A stretch of 64,000 nucleotides of DNA from Amoebophrya sp. A120 (lineage: Eukaryota; Protista; Dinoflagellata), in assembly GCA_905178155.1 (NCBI GenBank), contig CAJINV010000007.1, positions 3,081,151 through 3,145,150 on the forward strand. Reading direction: 5' to 3'. Below are positions 61,307 through 64,000 of the stretch, piece by piece (positions within the stretch are counted from its first letter, which is position 1; each line of letters starts with the position of its first letter). A program made the translations under genes and the position numbers. Below the pieces are notes generated by a model. The model searched no databases. It had not been told where the DNA came from and saw nothing but the letters and a program-made list of their open reading frames with translations.

Positions 61307-64000
61307 ATGTTGCCGTCTCTCGAGGAGCTGACTTCCGTCCTCGAGCGGACCGCGGGCGCCAACGGGCTTTCTGCCTGCGTGATGGAAACGCTGGAGAAGG
61401 GGGAGTTTCGCGTGGTTTTTTCCACGGCTCCCACGGAATCCTCCCCCGTGTCTCTGCCCCAGACCCGCGCGACCATCTACTTCGACACGGACCTGGACCA
61501 AATCCGGTTCACCATGGACGATCGCGCGATCAAGCAGGCCGGCGCGGATTTAAACAGGTTGATGAAGATTCTCTCGCTCAACGCGAAGTTGGCGTTAGCC
61601 GTGAAGCAGAAGGTCTTGGCAGCGGCGAAGGAGGAGGGGAAGTTGGTCCCGGAGAACAGTTACGACGAGAGTTACAACCTGAACATTCCGAGCAAGTTCG
61701 AAGAGGACGGCACGTTCTTGTCCAGCGCGTCCAAGTCGAAGTTGCTGCACTCCCGGTCCCCTTTCGGCAGCATGTCGGGGACCTTTAAATCCGCTTCGCC
61801 ACCGGGGTCCCCGAAAGCCGGAACGCAGGGTAGTTCTTTTGCTCTTCACCAACAGGCCGCTTCTCAACACAACCATGAGCACCAATTCGCCCTTTCTAGT
61901 CCGAGTACCGTCGCCTCTACAGACCCGATCGCGCCGGTCCGGGATTTGGAATCTTGTACCGACACTACCGTCGAAGAGACGATCTACAAGGTGCTGGCCG
62001 CCGCGGACGAGGACAGCGAGGGGAGTTTGCCGCTCCGCGACGTGTTGCGCATGCTGGAAGCGGTGTTCTGCAAGTCCGGCCCGTTGACGCAGTGGGACAT
62101 CCGGGTTTTGCTGGCCCAGATGGAGTCGGAGCTGCGGTCCGACGGCATCATCCGGTCCGCAAAGCTGGTCACGAAGATTGTGCCGCCGCTCCGGCGCGTG
62201 TACAACGAGTCGGTTTCGTTGAAACAAAAACAGATCGCAGCGGCGGCGGCGGCGGCACACCAGCAGCAGCAGCAGGTTGTAGACCACACGAACAATGAAG
62301 AAGTGGACCAAGTGATCATCACCGCGGATCAAGTGCAGCAGATGGTGGCGTTGCTGCAAGGCCACGAGCTGACCCTGTTGCACGAGCTGATTCAGAAGAA
62401 GTGCGAACCTCTGGCGGACTCCGCGCACCCGGAGTTGCTGCAACGACACCGGTTGAAATTCGTCTTGGACCAGCTGAACACCCGGATCTCGGAGCCGGAG
62501 AAGTCTTTACTGCTGCAAATCATGCCCATGCGGGTGTTGTTCCGGTCCCCGGAGGAGGACAGCCCGGTCCCCGCGGACAAGAAGAAAAACAACAAGATTT
62601 CCTTCGACATGTATCGTAAGGAAAAGTCCCCCCTCCCCATATCGGAAACGTACCCGTCTGAAAATTTGTGATGCGCATTTGGGACCTCAAATCCTGTCTG
62701 TCTTGCCAGAAGGCAAGTCCAGAAAGCGCTCCGCATCCTGCAGGCGGTTTGTGATGCTGTTGGGCTTAGAGCATACGCGTTTGCCATGCTAGGCGCCTAC
62801 GCCAACACCTCCCGACTGAGGCTTGGCATATGCCTGCAGTCGTCTCTAGCAAGACAGATCTGATTTGTGTACGCAAATCCAGCATCAGAAACTTCGTTTT
62901 GATATGGGGAGGGGGGATTTTTCCTTTTGATAACATGTCACCGAAGTCCAAGGCGGACAACACGTTTCTGAACGGGTCCCTGGACAGTCCGATGGCGACC
63001 GCGAAGCCGAACAAGAAGCGGCCGGTCACCTTCATCAACTTCACGGAGTTCCACGACAATCTGGCCTACCTGCGCGCCGCGCGGACCTTCTACTGGCCGG
63101 ACAACCTGGCGCAGGTCCGCCACTCCCTGATCGAGATCGTGCGGTCGTTCAAAGCGCGGATTCCGATCTGGACCTACCGCGCGCAGGTGCTGGGGCCGTT
63201 GATGCAGCAGAAGCTGGTGTGGCTGTCCGCCGCGGAGCTGTTCGTGATCGGCTGCATGACCCCGGTCACCAAGGATGCCGGGCTGGAGTGCGGCTTCACG
63301 GACATTGAGGAGGCTATCAAATGCAAAAATGTCTGGGTCTGGAAGAGTCATGCTGTTTTTGCATGACACAGGATGTCTGTCCTGGAAGCCCTAGCATCAC
63401 AGATTTCGAGAAGCTTCCGCATTGCTTAATCGGCATTACAAATCCCCCACTTTGGTGACAGGAAATGGACACCTTTTGCTGCCTATGCATGAGAGATTTG
63501 TCTGTGTTGTGAAATGCGCATCACAAGCTCACATCCTTCCAGACCCAGACATTTTTACAATCCATAGAGGCGTTCGACATCCTCTTCTGTCTCGTGCAGC
63601 AGTGGCACGACAAGTTATCAAATGTAAAAATGTCTGGGTCTGGAAACTTGTGATGCTGGGTGGCGTCTCATGATGAGGCTACAAATGCTGGCTCAGCATG
63701 ACAAGTTTCTGAGCTCCTAGGTGTTGCCTATTCTGCATGACAAAGTGCGCTTCTGCATCACAGAAAAACGGAGCTCTTGGGTAACGTGCATGACAGATTT
63801 AAAAGTCATGCCAGACAAGCATGACAAACATGAATTCTTCCAGACCCAGACATTTTTACAGTTGATACAAGGATGCGGTCTACCAAAAGGGGGTCACCAT
63901 GGCGCTGGAGCTGGAAGCGGAGCGGAAGCGGAAGGAAATGGAGGAACTGCAGCAGTTTTCCGGTGCGAGCCCAAAAGCGAGTAACGAGGAGGCGAACCGC
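61307..64000 (+). CDS. Unknown protein (3' partial), possible degenerate EF-hand (DEDSEGSL)
   Basis: ORF 61307..62671 continues in frame across introners 62612, 63315 and 63616 (SFDM|SPKS, IEEA|FDIL, WHDK|DAVY) to the window end. Confidence 0.7.
62612..62932. mobile_element. Introner, family B (321 nt), TSD ACATG
   Basis: Family-B TIRs; reverse relative of 25761-26083. Confidence 0.95.
63315..63566. mobile_element. Introner, family A (252 nt), TSD GAGGC
   Basis: Family-A TIRs; frame-restoring join. Confidence 0.95.
63616..63867. mobile_element. Introner, family A (252 nt), TSD CAAGT/CAAGG
   Basis: Family-A TIRs; frame-restoring join. Confidence 0.93.

Noticed and set aside
308-63867. CRISPR array or bacterial IS/REP elements
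   Set aside because: The repeats are dispersed inverted pairs with TSDs in a eukaryotic intron-containing context. The Cas4-like motif at ~36850-36950 is the Dna2 nuclease domain.

Overview
Eukaryotic, gene-dense window with nine protein-coding genes, all on the + strand: a 5'-truncated membrane protein, a MORN-repeat protein, a possible GCIP/CCNDBP1-like protein, a Methyltransf_24-type SAM methyltransferase, an axonemal dynein heavy chain (DNAH2/1-beta type), the Dna2 helicase-nuclease, a ~4,180-aa orphan with a signal peptide, a HAD-IIA hydrolase and a 3'-truncated unknown. The main feature is 35 non-canonical intervening elements (34 of 189-333 nt, one expanded to 2,067 nt), all inside coding exons. 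Each has terminal inverted repeats (mostly TAT...ATA) and a 5-bp target-site duplication (TSD) that differs at every site. Removing the element plus one TSD copy restores the reading frame in all 35 cases, usually with no GT-AG, so these are MITE-like introners. Related copies occur in both orientations, and the families share an end signature (TAT-N7-AAAAA) and an internal TGTnATGC motif. This suggests an orientation-independent excision system that is not standard spliceosomal splicing. One introner in DNA2 carries a nested 1.77-kb retroposed insert with a 17-bp TSD, an A-tail and a relict dinoflagellate spliced leader. Together these point (by inference) to a syndinian dinoflagellate such as Amoebophrya. 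Inverted-repeat introners have been reported there (Farhat et al. 2021, from memory), but to my knowledge the excision mechanism is unknown. All coordinates and joins were worked out by hand.
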